Origin: an uncultured virus (IMG/VR IMGVR_UViG_3300048503_000037)
Lineage: Duplodnaviria; Heunggongvirae; Uroviricota; Caudoviricetes
Length of the DNA stretch: 64,000 nucleotides
Strand: one strand, 5' to 3'
Virus record (IMG/VR): IMGVR_UViG_3300048503_000037
The notes beneath the pieces were generated by a model. The model had not been told where the DNA came from and did no database searches. It saw only the letters and a list, made by a program, of their open reading frames with translations. Shown here in pieces: positions 38,131-48,490 of the stretch (position 1 is the stretch's first letter; every line of letters starts with the position of its first letter). A program made the translations under genes and the position numbers.

Positions 38131-39435
38131 TTAGTTGGAGAAGCTGGACTGGATGGTCAAGCCATATATAACTCCGCTAGTCCAGTTGTTCCTCGAAGCA
38201 TAGTTGACCGCATCGTACAGCCACGCATCCTTGAAGCTGGACGTGTTGCTGCCGGACGGCCGCTGGAACCAGATGCCCTCGATCTGCCCCGGCACGAACT
38301 GGGGAGCATCGTTGAAACGGCACCGGATCATGCTGGCGCGGTCCATGAAGTAGAGCTTGTCAACTGCGGCCACGGTGTCCAGAAGCCACTCGACGCCGGC
38401 AATCATCTCCATGGTGAACGTGTCGGGAACGCCATCGAACTTGGGGGCCTTGCCTGTCGGCATGGTCACCTGTTGGATAGCAAAGCCCAACTGGTTCCAC
38501 GACGCCCGCTGCGCGTTGTGCCCGTACCAGAAGTTCTTTGGGCGGTCGCGGTTGTACGTGGTGTTGCCCAGAGCCTGCTGCATCCTGGTGAGGAAGGTCT
38601 CGACGATGCCGAGAGTGAGCAGGGAATTGGCGTTGTAGGCCGGAGACTGCACATAAGACAGGCTGCGGTCCATGCCCAGATACTCGCCGGTCGTGTTGGG
38701 ACTGACGATGTACTGGATTCCGTTGAAGAACAGTGGAGAGAGGGACGCCACGTTGTTGACCATGACATAATCGCCAGCGACCACGCCCGCCGGAACGTTA
38801 TCCACGGTGATCTGGTTGCCGGTGCCAATACCGTTCTTGGGAGCGTCGACCACAACAGCCGAACCGCGCAGGGTGAAGTTGCCGTCTCCAGACATGAACT
38901 GTACGGTGTCCTGAATGTCAATCAGGCGGGAACCGAACGGGGTTGTGGCGAGAGCGATGGGATTGGCGCCGCCGCCGGCATAGGTCGCCGACACGGTGGC
39001 AATCTGGCCGGTGTTGAAGCCCTGGAGCGACTGATTGCGCTTCTTGGGCATCTTGGTGTGAGCGTCGGCAACGAGTTTGTCCACGGGGTTGACGGCGATT
39101 ACCGTCTTGCCGCTGGAGCCGATGCGCTTCTGGAGGTCGGTGCAGGTGATGGCCAGAAGGATCTCGACGGGGGTCATGATGCCCTCGTTGTACGCTCCGC
39201 CGGTGCCGGTGGGGTAGTTGCCGCCGTCGGTCGAACCTGCGCCGAAGCTGCCACCGTACTCGTACTGGAGCATGACGCGGAACTCTTGGAGGCTGGTGAT
39301 GGTCTGCGGGCCCATGGTCGAGAACCGGCGGTCCAGTTCGGACTCCATATTCTCAATGACTTCCTTGGGCGGCGTATAGGTTTGCAGCATGATGACGGAA
39401 TCAGCCGATGCTGTGGTGAAGTTGGGAGCTGCCAT
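38131..39435 (-). CDS. major capsid protein (probable)
   Basis: 434 aa after portal and scaffold; strong GAAGGAG RBS; YLGMDRS...Y motif. Confidence 0.75.
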   Translation of the reverse strand: MAAPNFTTASADSVIMLQTYTPPKEVIENMESELDRRFSTMGPQTITSLQEFRVMLQYEYGGSFGAGSTDGGNYPTGTGGAYNEGIMTPVEILLAITCTDLQKRIGSSGKTVIAVNPVDKLVADAHTKMPKKRNQSLQGFNTGQIATVSATYAGGGANPIALATTPFGSRLIDIQDTVQFMSGDGNFTLRGSAVVVDAPKNGIGTGNQITVDNVPAGVVAGDYVMVNNVASLSPLFFNGIQYIVSPNTTGEYLGMDRSLSYVQSPAYNANSLLTLGIVETFLTRMQQALGNTTYNRDRPKNFWYGHNAQRASWNQLGFAIQQVTMPTGKAPKFDGVPDTFTMEMIAGVEWLLDTVAAVDKLYFMDRASMIRCRFNDAPQFVPGQIEGIWFQRPSGSNTSSFKDAWLYDAVNYASRNNWTSGVIYGLTIQSSFSN

Positions 39436-39707
39436 GGTATACACTCCTTCGCGGACGCACAGAGGCGTACTCGCGGCGATGCTTGGTTAGGAGTGAGGGG
39501 TGCGCCTGCGGCCAATGCCGAGGGCGGCTGGTGGGCTATGAGGGCTTCTAGCCTTTCCCTGGTGAGCTTTCTCTCCTGCGCTGTCGGCGACAGCGTGTTA
39601 CGCCGATGGGAGTCTGCTCGCCGGTACTTTGGCCGTGCTCTCGGGTGCTGCTAAACTCTTGGGGCCTTTCGCATTTCGCTACTAAGCCCCCTCTTTGGGT
39701 TTTCTTG

Positions 39708-41456
39708 TCAGCGTTTCGCCGTCAGAATCTCGCGTTGCCGCGCAAATACCTGACTCAGGCGTTCGCTATCACTAAGAGAATGCCAGTCTTTTACCTCTTT
39801 GGCAAGTTGATTCGTTGCGGTGGACCATGCTTCGTCAGCATTCATCTGCTTTGGTTGCACCGCCGGGCCTGCTTTTGGCTCGGTACTGGCGGTCGGTGCC
39901 TTGCCTGTTTGCTGGCTCTGCGCCGCCGTCTGGACCTCGGAACCGTACTTCCTGACCAACTTGGTAACGATGCGGTTGAGGAGGCTTTTTCCTGTTTCGT
40001 CCCTTGATTGGAGCATGGAGTCGAACGCCTGGACGCGCGCCGCCATGTTCTCCGGTGTGGGATTGGCGAGGTACTGGACCTCAAGCTGGAGCTGCTTGTT
40101 GGACTCGTAGGGGTCGGCCTTGATATGGTTCTCGATCTCCATGCCGACGGCGTTCTTAAAGGCGCTCGTCTGGGTGCCCGGTAGCGGGGTGTTGAGTTGC
40201 CAGTCGGGAATGATGGCTCCGGCCTTGCGCAGCCCGTCGATGATCTTGTCCACCTGCTGGAAGGTCCGCGTGCTGGCGTCCTTGAAGAATTGTTGCGTCC
40301 CTTCCTTGCGCACCTGGTCGCGGGATTGCTTCTTGCCACCAGCCTTAGCCTCGGCATTGGCAGCCTCGATCCTCTTGGCCTCATCAAGCCTGCCCTGGAC
40401 TTCCTTGCGCACATCGTCGGGCAGGTGGGAGAGGTCGGGGTCTTTCTTCGCGCCTGGGTTGCCGTCTGCCGGGTGGAGGTCGTCCTTGATGATCGACAGC
40501 GCCAGTTTGAGGTCGTTGTCGCGCTCGCGCTGGGCCTCGTCTGTGTACTGGTTGGCGGCCAGGCGGGCGTCTACCTCGGCCAGCGAACTGTCCGCATAGC
40601 GGTCGACGACGTGCTCGCCGAACAGATAGAGGTCGTCTCCGTAAACCGGTGATCCGGTCTCGTCCACCACCTGCTTGCCGTCGGCGCCGATGACGGCAAA
40701 CTCCTGCATGAAGCTATCGAAGGCTTTGGACATCCCCTCGGGGGTCTCGGCCATCTGGAACTGTGAGCGGAGCCCAACGGTGCGGTTGGCAGTGTCGCGC
40801 GCGAAGGTAGCGGCGTCCTTGTTCGGGAAGATGCCCTTGAATTGCGACAGTTCCGCGTGCTCGCGGGCCATCTTGAACAGCGCACCCTTGGCGGCGGGGT
40901 TGCCTTCAATCGCAGCCTTGAGCGCTTCGTCGCCCTTGAGAAGATCGTTTAGAGCCTGTGGTGTGAGTGACGCCGGACCTTCATCCAGAGAAAATGTCTC
41001 TGCATCGGCGTCGGCCGCGGGAGTCTCAGTCTCAGCCGGCTTTGTCTCAGCGTCTGCCGGTGTTGCGGCAGCATCGGCAGCCGGCGTCTCACCTTCCGCT
41101 GGTTTCGTCTCAGTGCCAACCCATGGCGATTCATCATCGACGGCCACTCCTGGGTTCTCTGCCTTGAACGCTTCAAGCTCTTGCCGCCAGGTTACCTCGG
41201 CTTGGTAGGAATCAACGGCGTTGCCATACTCGCCGGGGTTGAGCTTCGCCGGCGGCTGGGGGCCGCTGGGTGTTGCAGGCGGGGCGCCCGCTGCTGGTGT
41301 AGCCGGGGCTGTTGGCGCAGCGGACGGCGCAGCAGGCGCTGGGGTGGACGGGGCCGCTACTGCGGCTGGTGCGGCTGGAGGAGCCGCGGCGGGCGCTGGA
41401 GCCGGGGCCGGTGCTGCTGGCGCGGCAGAAATCGGTACTACTGGGGTCGTTGCCAT
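39708..41456 (-). CDS. scaffolding protein (probable)
   Basis: Pro/Ala-rich disordered N-terminus, acidic helical body; between portal and capsid. Confidence 0.65.
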   Translation of the reverse strand: MATTPVVPISAAPAAPAPAPAPAAAPPAAPAAVAAPSTPAPAAPSAAPTAPATPAAGAPPATPSGPQPPAKLNPGEYGNAVDSYQAEVTWRQELEAFKAENPGVAVDDESPWVGTETKPAEGETPAADAAATPADAETKPAETETPAADADAETFSLDEGPASLTPQALNDLLKGDEALKAAIEGNPAAKGALFKMAREHAELSQFKGIFPNKDAATFARDTANRTVGLRSQFQMAETPEGMSKAFDSFMQEFAVIGADGKQVVDETGSPVYGDDLYLFGEHVVDRYADSSLAEVDARLAANQYTDEAQRERDNDLKLALSIIKDDLHPADGNPGAKKDPDLSHLPDDVRKEVQGRLDEAKRIEAANAEAKAGGKKQSRDQVRKEGTQQFFKDASTRTFQQVDKIIDGLRKAGAIIPDWQLNTPLPGTQTSAFKNAVGMEIENHIKADPYESNKQLQLEVQYLANPTPENMAARVQAFDSMLQSRDETGKSLLNRIVTKLVRKYGSEVQTAAQSQQTGKAPTASTEPKAGPAVQPKQMNADEAWSTATNQLAKEVKDWHSLSDSERLSQVFARQREILTAKR

Positions 41457-41561
41457 GGGTGGTGCTCCTTCAAAAGACTGCGAGAACTTGTCCCGTCAGG
41501 TTGATAACGAAAGTTTTTGGGGTCAAATGACCGGATAACGAAATTCGTCTAAGGGTGTGCG

Positions 41562-42047
41562 TTATCCAGCGAGCGGGTTGTCTGAGGTCGATCCGGGTTC
41601 TCCCTCGGCAAAGATTCCTTTCGGCGCGATGGTGATGCCTTCAGGAGCGGTGCCGACGCCGTGCTCAAACTCTCCTCCATCGGGATTCTCTGCGCCCTGC
41701 TGTCCGCCGGTCTGCTCGATCGCGTGCGGCGACTCGGGTGCGCCTGGCTCTACCGGGCCTTGGACCTCGTCGAGTTGCTCGGGGGCGGTGGGAGGTTCAG
41801 TTGGGGCGACCTCTCCCCATGGCTTCCAGCCGAACATGTTCCCCTCGACGAACGGCGCAACTGCCTTCTGGACCTGCGCAATGCCGCGCGTGGTGCCCTG
41901 CGCAAGCAACTGAGGACCGTTTACTGGATCTGCGTAGAGCAGAGTGAGAAGCTCGCCTTCGGCTGTTGCCTGGGACGCGAGCACGATGGCCGGAAGGGGC
42001 TTGCCGTTCCGGACGTAGATTATAGAGTCGTTGAACTGCTTTTGCAT
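41562..42047 (-). CDS. hypothetical protein
   Basis: GGGAG RBS; acidic tail. Confidence 0.6.
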   Translation of the reverse strand: MQKQFNDSIIYVRNGKPLPAIVLASQATAEGELLTLLYADPVNGPQLLAQGTTRGIAQVQKAVAPFVEGNMFGWKPWGEVAPTEPPTAPEQLDEVQGPVEPGAPESPHAIEQTGGQQGAENPDGGEFEHGVGTAPEGITIAPKGIFAEGEPGSTSDNPLAG

Positions 42048-42056
42048 GGATTCTCC

Positions 42057-44654
42057 CTACTGTGGTGAAAGGAATTTTGCAACTTCTGAAACCAATTGCT
42101 TTCCGGCTGAAACCTGCCCTGCGATGCTTGCGCTCGGTCCCAGCGGCGGCATGGAACTCTGCTTTGTGAGGTTACTAAGTCCCGTCATGGCATCCTGGAG
42201 CGCGGCGGCCTCCATCTGTTGAACTGTGGGGTTAGGCTGCGGCGGCGGTGGCTGCCCTTCCTTGGCGGCTTGCATTTTTAGTTTCTGCATATACCCAGAA
42301 ACTTGGCTCTGATAATCAAGCGCCAGCCGCTTGAAAGCTATTACATTCTGCCATCCAAGAGGATTCTGCGTCTTCACATCGCAGTTTTCTGCGCAAAATT
42401 GATCTATCGTTGGCAGCAGGATGCCGTAATCCTCAACCCACTTGTTGGGCGCGATCGAGGGTTGGAACATCGGCGAGCCGTCGTCCGGGTCCAGCATCTG
42501 CTGGCCGGTCTTGGGGTCAATCTTCGGCGTAGGCGGCGTCTGGAGCAGTCGGCGAATGTCTTGGAGGGTCTTCGACCTCTGCGCAGCGCCGGGCGCAACA
42601 GAGCCAGGCAGGCCCCAGTAATCGTTAAGCAGTTGCTGGTTGGCAGTCTCGTCTAGCCATGCGATCGCCGCGGGGTTCTGTTTCTCGGCCATCTCCATGA
42701 TGGTCTCGCACCATTGGCGCTTTTGCTCTGGCGTCATGGGCAGGCCTTCGTCTGTGTTGGCCTTCACCCTCACTCGCCCCTGCATCTCATCGAGATGAAC
42801 GTAGTTGTTCCGGAACTCCGAACCGTTCTCTTCGATCACCTTCCAGAGCGAACCGGTGTACGCCATGTTGACCTGCAGGCACTCGATAGCGTTCTGCCCA
42901 GCCCAGGCGTGCTCGTCTTTGATGGAGTCGTACACGTCGCCCAGCGGTCCCATGGCCTGGTCAAGCATCTGCTTCTGACCTTTGCCCGTCTCGACGCCGG
43001 GAGTAGTACCGGTGCCGGACACCTGCGGGGGAATGCCGGAGATGATCTGGCAATAGTTCCAGAGCCGGTCGAGATAGTTCATCAGGCCGGGGTCCATCTG
43101 GAACTGGAAATGATAGATAGCATTCGATAATGGCTGGGTTACACCCTCGCCGATGGACGGGGTTGGATTGAGCACCTCGCCGGTCAGCGGCTTTCCGCTC
43201 ATCTGTCGAATGTCGATGCGGCGGGTATCAACCAGCGTGATGCCGGTCGAGCAGCGCTCCATGTAGTCATCGAGGATATTGTTGATGGCATTGAAACGCT
43301 CGTTGAAGGGAACAACATTGTCAGCCACGCTGGGCGGATACAGGCCATACCCACGGTGGAGTTTACAGCAGGACCACTCTTTGACCAGCACGGCCGGTTC
43401 GCAGTTAAGAACCAGCGGGCCCCACATGCTCAACTTCAGACCGTAGGGGAACAACTGCTGCAGTTTCTGTACAAAGGCGTCGTCGTTCGAGATTCGGTAG
43501 TAGGAGTTTGGCTGCACCCAGACCAGAGAGTAAGTGCCGCGCGCCGCGAAGATGTCGGCGGTGACCGAGAATGAGGACGAGTAAACCATCGTCCGGACCA
43601 GCCGCTCGTAGCTGGCATTGTCATTGGTCGCGCTCTCGACGCCCTCGGTGATCTCGGCGGCCATGTCGGGGAACGTGGCGCGAATGTCCGATGCATCCAC
43701 TTCCCATTCAAGCGCCAGGAGCGGAACGTCGGCCAGGTACTCCTTGGTGGGGTCCGTGTCCACCTGGAGCGGGGAATAGATCGACCACTTCGGCAAACCG
43801 TTGGGCTTCTTCTTGGTGCCAACCTGCCCGATGCCGGTTGTGGACTCGCCGGGTTGGAAGTCTTGGGGATTGAGCGGTGCCTGGCACTTCGGGCACTTCA
43901 TAGCTCCGGACTGCGCTACGTCGGTTTCAGAGGAGTCCTGCCCGCAATTCAGGCAGTGGAAGTGGTCGTCTGAGATTTTGGCCTGGACCTCGCCAAACAC
44001 CGGCTCATCCTTGTAGCCGACCCAGACTCCATCGATCACAAACCGGGTCCACTTGAAGTAGACGCCATACAGGAAGAGATATTGCGACTCCAGCCCAAGC
44101 AAGCCCTTGACGGCGTTTGCTTCCTCGATGATCGAGATAGCCTCCTGCGCGGCCTTGGCAGTCGTCATGTCGGCCAGGTTCTCGGCGTTCTCGGGGCGAA
44201 TCACAACGGGCGGCACAGCGCGCGCCACGGCGGAAGCGAAGTTCCGCCGGCAGGTCTGGGTAATGTTGTTGACGTACTTTTCGAGGTAGCTGTAGTCGGA
44301 TTCCTGGTTGTTCTGGCGATACCACGCCACGGCGTCGAAGTAGGTCCGGCTAATTGGGTCCCAGCCAAGAATCTGCTTGCCCTTGTCATATTCGGTGGAC
44401 TTGAGCCAGTTGGGCATCTTCATGATGCGATCGGTAGCCCACTGTGTTCTGAATGGCTGGACGATCTCCCCTGAAACCCTGAGCGCTTCCTCCTTCGTGA
44501 GTCCGCCAAAGCGTCCAGGGGAGTCAGCATCGCCGCGCAGGGGGTTCTGCGGGCTGCGCTCGACGTTGGGCGTAGGCTGGTCCTGCTGTGCGCCCTGCTG
44601 GGGCTGCCCAGGCTGCATGGCGCTCATCTGGAGTACGGGAGGATTAGTTGCCAT
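42057..44654 (-). CDS. portal protein (P22-like size)
   Basis: 865 aa; YVNNI, D..TAKAA, ISGIPPQVSG, Gln/Pro-rich C-terminus; upstream of scaffold and capsid. Confidence 0.75.
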   Translation of the reverse strand: MATNPPVLQMSAMQPGQPQQGAQQDQPTPNVERSPQNPLRGDADSPGRFGGLTKEEALRVSGEIVQPFRTQWATDRIMKMPNWLKSTEYDKGKQILGWDPISRTYFDAVAWYRQNNQESDYSYLEKYVNNITQTCRRNFASAVARAVPPVVIRPENAENLADMTTAKAAQEAISIIEEANAVKGLLGLESQYLFLYGVYFKWTRFVIDGVWVGYKDEPVFGEVQAKISDDHFHCLNCGQDSSETDVAQSGAMKCPKCQAPLNPQDFQPGESTTGIGQVGTKKKPNGLPKWSIYSPLQVDTDPTKEYLADVPLLALEWEVDASDIRATFPDMAAEITEGVESATNDNASYERLVRTMVYSSSFSVTADIFAARGTYSLVWVQPNSYYRISNDDAFVQKLQQLFPYGLKLSMWGPLVLNCEPAVLVKEWSCCKLHRGYGLYPPSVADNVVPFNERFNAINNILDDYMERCSTGITLVDTRRIDIRQMSGKPLTGEVLNPTPSIGEGVTQPLSNAIYHFQFQMDPGLMNYLDRLWNYCQIISGIPPQVSGTGTTPGVETGKGQKQMLDQAMGPLGDVYDSIKDEHAWAGQNAIECLQVNMAYTGSLWKVIEENGSEFRNNYVHLDEMQGRVRVKANTDEGLPMTPEQKRQWCETIMEMAEKQNPAAIAWLDETANQQLLNDYWGLPGSVAPGAAQRSKTLQDIRRLLQTPPTPKIDPKTGQQMLDPDDGSPMFQPSIAPNKWVEDYGILLPTIDQFCAENCDVKTQNPLGWQNVIAFKRLALDYQSQVSGYMQKLKMQAAKEGQPPPPQPNPTVQQMEAAALQDAMTGLSNLTKQSSMPPLGPSASIAGQVSAGKQLVSEVAKFLSPQ

Positions 44655-44970
44655 TCGCTGCCGCCTTGACTCGGTTCATTTTGGAACGGGCCTCTGCAAG
44701 TTGCTCGGTGACACTCTTCGCGCCAGGGACTTGAGCTGCCCTGTAGGCGTCCCGGTTGGCAATGTCGATGATGTTGGCGATGGTGGGCCTGCCCGCGATG
44801 GGTTGAATCTTCGACAGGTCCGTATTCTCGCCGATCACCGGAGCGGCCAACTGCTGGTTCTGGATGTAGTCGAGGAACTTCTGGCGGAGTTCCTCAAGCG
44901 CAGTTTCGGCCTTTACGGCGCGGGCGCGCTCCTCGTCGAACCGTTCGCGGGATACCCAAGGGAGTTTCAT
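44644..44970 (-). CDS. hypothetical coiled-coil protein
   Basis: MKLPWVSRERFD start coupled to the upstream stop. Confidence 0.6.
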   Translation of the reverse strand: MKLPWVSRERFDEERARAVKAETALEELRQKFLDYIQNQQLAAPVIGENTDLSKIQPIAGRPTIANIIDIANRDAYRAAQVPGAKSVTEQLAEARSKMNRVKAAANGN

Positions 44971-45410
44971 CAGTTGTACTCGGTGACCATGACGCTGGTC
45001 CCGGTCCCGGTTCCAGACCGTACCTGCGCCATGACGGTGGCATTGGTGAGCCCTGGAGGGTTGTTTCCGATGATCGGCTGCCCAAGCTGGCCGATAATCT
45101 CGCCCCATGCACCGATCTGGCCAACCTTGTTGCCCAACTCGAACTTGGCGACGACCACCGTTCCCTCGGCCGCTTCGGTGTTGCCGCCGACGGCCTGGAA
45201 GATGGTTGCGAAGCCGTTGAGTGTGTTGTCGTTCGGCACTTTGTACTGGAGGATGCCCTGGAGCGTGTTGGCGCCACCGGCCACCGTGATGCTGCTCTCC
45301 TCGACCACGAGCCGGCGGACAGTAGACTTGGCGACAATGTTGACGAACGCGCCGGAGTCGGCGTTGATGTCGAGGATGTACTGGTTACCGCTGTAGCCTG
45401 GTTTGCTCAT
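44970..45410 (-). CDS. hypothetical beta-rich virion-type protein
   Basis: coupled ORF. Confidence 0.6.
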   Translation of the reverse strand: MSKPGYSGNQYILDINADSGAFVNIVAKSTVRRLVVEESSITVAGGANTLQGILQYKVPNDNTLNGFATIFQAVGGNTEAAEGTVVVAKFELGNKVGQIGAWGEIIGQLGQPIIGNNPPGLTNATVMAQVRSGTGTGTSVMVTEYN

Positions 45411-45592
45411 TTGCTGCCTGCCTTCTTGCCAAAGATACGCTGTCCGGCCCTCTTTGGCTTGATGTTCGATGGTTTCTCGGCGGCGCCGTTGTTCAGCGGC
45501 TCCTCCTGCTTCATGTGGAATTGCTCATTGCCAGGAATCGGGATCTTCTTGGCCTTAAACATATTCTTACCTTTCGAGTAGCTCATATCCAT
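45407..45592 (-). CDS. small basic protein
   Basis: GAGG RBS, Lys-rich. Confidence 0.5.
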   Translation of the reverse strand: MDMSYSKGKNMFKAKKIPIPGNEQFHMKQEEPLNNGAAEKPSNIKPKRAGQRIFGKKAGSK

Positions 45593-45724
45593 GGTTGCCT
45601 CGATTCTTTTTCTCTGATACTCTGTGTTGCCGCGGACTCTACCGCCGCTCTGCTTCGAGCCCGCGTGATCGCCGGGAAGCGGCAGAAACCGGCGAGGCAA
45701 CCTCTTTGAGACCGCGCGCCAATG

Positions 45725-45748
45725 AAAAGGGCGACCCGAAGGCCGCCC
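45725..45748 (-). terminator. intrinsic terminator
   Basis: GGGCGGCC-TTCG-GGTCGCCC-TTTT on the minus strand. Confidence 0.75.
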
Positions 45749-45781
45749 ATCTCATGCTCTGGCGTGTTCCGCGATCTCCTT

Positions 45782-46180
45782 TTATTCTCCGGTGGTAGGC
45801 GTGAATTGTTTTACCGTCCTGATGAACTGGCAGGGCGACGTGGACATTGCAAGCCGCGTGGGATGGTCGGCGACACAGCAGCCATCGGAAGCCCAGCCAG
45901 GATGCCGAAGCGAATCGCCGTGAATCATAAAACTCAAAGCGTCACGGTCGTACATCTCGCTTCCCGGCAACGGAGTGAGATGGCAAACGATCGGTCCTTT
46001 TTCGGGATCATCGAACCATTTTCCCATCGCGTAGGTCGCTTCTGGCAGCGGGCCATGGCCAACGATAGCCTCAGAGTCTACATTATCTTTATCTGGTCCG
46101 TTCCCAGCATAGCCCGTCGAGACGTAGGCACCGGATGGGTTGAAGTAGCGGCCGGTCGGGATTTCAAAGGTCCACCACAT
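45782..46180 (-). CDS. Tlde1/DUF2778-like L,D-transpeptidase-fold peptidoglycan enzyme
   Basis: GYAG, GPLP..Y, L.P, FMIHGDS....ASDGC. Confidence 0.75.
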   Translation of the reverse strand: MWWTFEIPTGRYFNPSGAYVSTGYAGNGPDKDNVDSEAIVGHGPLPEATYAMGKWFDDPEKGPIVCHLTPLPGSEMYDRDALSFMIHGDSLRHPGWASDGCCVADHPTRLAMSTSPCQFIRTVKQFTPTTGE

Positions 46181-46549
46181 GCTGTGCTCCAGAACTTCCG
46201 CACCGTGTTGGTTGCGCCCTGTAATACGGTGCCTATACAGCGGCGTCAATCAGAACCTGGATTCGGTTGGCAGACTTTCTTATCCGTGTCGGGGAGTGCC
46301 GCGAGATGTGTACCCTCTGGGCAGCTAAAGCCCATTGGGGAAACAAACATGCCTCCCATAGGAAGATTGTCCATGCCAAAATTCGGAGTCGGTTCTGAGT
46401 ATTGTTTGTCAATGGCTTCACCCTCTTCCGTGCGCCAGTTGCGCGAATCCAGAACTTCCGGGGCCTTGCGACCCCGGTTTGTGCGCGGGCCGTCTCTCCA
46501 TCCACGCCCCGCTAGGTGCGCAACTCCGCTTCACCCGCGCAACCTCGTG

Positions 46550-46906
46550 TTAGACCGCTGGGGCGAGTGCGGCTGTCACAGCGGCGGCATTGGCGGCTGC
46601 TGACTTGGCAAGCGCCTCAAGCTGATCTGCAATCAAGGCGACTGCCGGATCTTCGGTGCTGAGTCCTGCCACTTGGGCTTGGAGCGATGCGATTGAAGCC
46701 TGATCGGCTTGGAGTGCGGCGATGATCTGGTTGTCTGCCGCAGTCTCGGCGGTGACGGCTGCTGCGAGGTCGGTTTCGGCTTGGGTTGCTGCTGCGAGTC
46801 CTGCGGGAACGGTTGCCATGATTTTCTCCATTTGGGTGAGTTTGTAAATGACGTAGCCCTGCGCGAAAAGCAGGACCGCTGCGAGAGTGAGTGAGGCGTG
46901 GGACAT
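46550..46906 (-). CDS. membrane-anchored coiled-coil protein (spanin-like?)
   Basis: N-terminal TM segment LTLAAVLLFAQGYVIY then Ala-rich coiled coil. Confidence 0.45.
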   Translation of the reverse strand: MSHASLTLAAVLLFAQGYVIYKLTQMEKIMATVPAGLAAATQAETDLAAAVTAETAADNQIIAALQADQASIASLQAQVAGLSTEDPAVALIADQLEALAKSAAANAAAVTAALAPAV

Positions 46907-46909
46907 GCT

Positions 46910-47469
46910 ACCTCTTTGGCCGTTCTCCAGCCGCGCAACCGACTGCCCAGGCGCGGGCGGTGTCGGCACGGCGATCTGATACACATAGTAGCCCGTAATC
47001 ACCTGCGGGGCCACTTGCCAGTTGAGTATGTTCGCGTTGAACGGTCCCTGCCCCGGCACCGTGAATGGAATCACAATGCTGCTTGCGCCGGTCCCGTCCG
47101 GCGAGGTCACGGTCAGAATGCAGACTTGGCCGACGCCGGGATCAGGTTCGCGGGCACGGTCACAACCATCTGCGATGCGTTGGAATCGGCCACGGCTGGC
47201 GTCAGTGGGCAGTTGATGGGGTCATTCGTCGTCCAGACCGGCACCAAGCCCGCTGGCAAGGTCGTAGGCATTCCGAACTGGCCCTTGGGAAACGCGGCAA
47301 AGAGTCCTGTCTGACCGGGCAGCAGACCTGCGCCTGGTGACGGTTGCGCCGCCGTGAGCCTCTGCACCGCCGCCGTTAGGTCCGTCACCGCCTGCTGGAG
47401 CTTGGCGAGTCCCGGCTGCTGCGCTTGGCAGGGCAGGGCAAGGAGCGCGATCAGGGCCAGTCTCTTCAT
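46910..47469 (-). CDS. signal-peptide protein, apparently frame-broken near 47115
   Basis: MKRLALIALLALPCQA-QQ; beta-rich continuation in the 46550-47110 frame. Confidence 0.45.
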
Positions 47470-47740
47470 CGCATCCCCATGAAAATCTGCTGGTCCGGAC
47501 GGCACTCGATGCTCACGCAGCGCGGGAACCATAGCGGCTGCGGGATCTCGTCAAGCCATGTCCATGCAGCCAGATATTCGCCGAGCTTCTCAATCCCGCT
47601 CTCGAATGCCGCATCTTCTCGTTTCGCTTGGCGTGCTTCGCGGTATCGAGTACACCATACTTGGCGTGGCTGCGCGGCTCTAGCTGCCTCTGCCGCCTTG
47701 CGCACCTTCCATGGGATGTACGGGGCCATCAGTCTACCTC

Positions 47741-47854
47741 TCATTCGTCCCACCATCCCTTGTTTAGTCCGGTCACCGCCGTAAACGCCAGAGCCGCTAC
47801 GAACGCCACCCAGCAAAGCGCGGATTCGAGTTGGGCGATCTGGTCGGGCGTCAT
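47741..47854 (-). CDS. 37-aa single-TM peptide (not in ORF track)
   Basis: GAGG RBS; MTPDQIAQLESALCWVAFVAALAFTAVTGLNKGWWDE. Confidence 0.45.
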   Translation of the reverse strand: MTPDQIAQLESALCWVAFVAALAFTAVTGLNKGWWDE

Positions 47855-47953
47855 GGGTGCCTCTGAATTGCGCGGGCCGGATCACGCTAAGGTAGAAGCT
47901 CGAAAGCAAACTACCAGTCCTCGGCCCGCGCAAACTGTGCCGTCTCTGGCTGG

Positions 47954-48463
47954 CTACACCTTGCCGATGCCCTCGACCGGGTTCGTGTCGCAAGCGTTGT
48001 TCCATGCCGTGTTGTACTGGCTCTCAGGCGAATGGAAGATGCTGCGCTTGAAGCCAGGTACGAGCACCGCAACCTTCGCCGCTGCGTCTGCCGCAACTGC
48101 CGCCTGGTGCATGGCCTGAGTCTCTTCGTGGGCACCCACAGTGACCGGGGCCGGCGAGTTGGCCGTCAGGATAGCGATGACCGCAGTGATGCCAGCCGTG
48201 ATGATGTTCACGTAGAGGGCGACATTCGGCGGAAGCGGAAGCGTGTCGAATACCGCTGTGAAGGCGTTCATGAGTTGGAGCACGTTCTGCGCGGTGGTGC
48301 CGGGAGTCCAGTTCTGAACGGCGAGCAGAGCCGCGTCATAGGCGTTCATGGCAGCGATGCCGTTCGGGGTGTTGAGTTGGCCGGTGGCGGCGAGCAGCGA
48401 CTTGATTGTCGGTTCGATTGCGGCCATCAATGCGCCTGCGGTCTTAGTTGCGTTTTTGCACAT
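47954..48463 (-). CDS. hypothetical Ala-rich protein
   Basis: AAAGGA RBS. Confidence 0.6.
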   Translation of the reverse strand: MCKNATKTAGALMAAIEPTIKSLLAATGQLNTPNGIAAMNAYDAALLAVQNWTPGTTAQNVLQLMNAFTAVFDTLPLPPNVALYVNIITAGITAVIAILTANSPAPVTVGAHEETQAMHQAAVAADAAAKVAVLVPGFKRSIFHSPESQYNTAWNNACDTNPVEGIGKV

Positions 48464-48490
48464 GGGTTTGGTCCTTTCGGTTGTGCTGCG

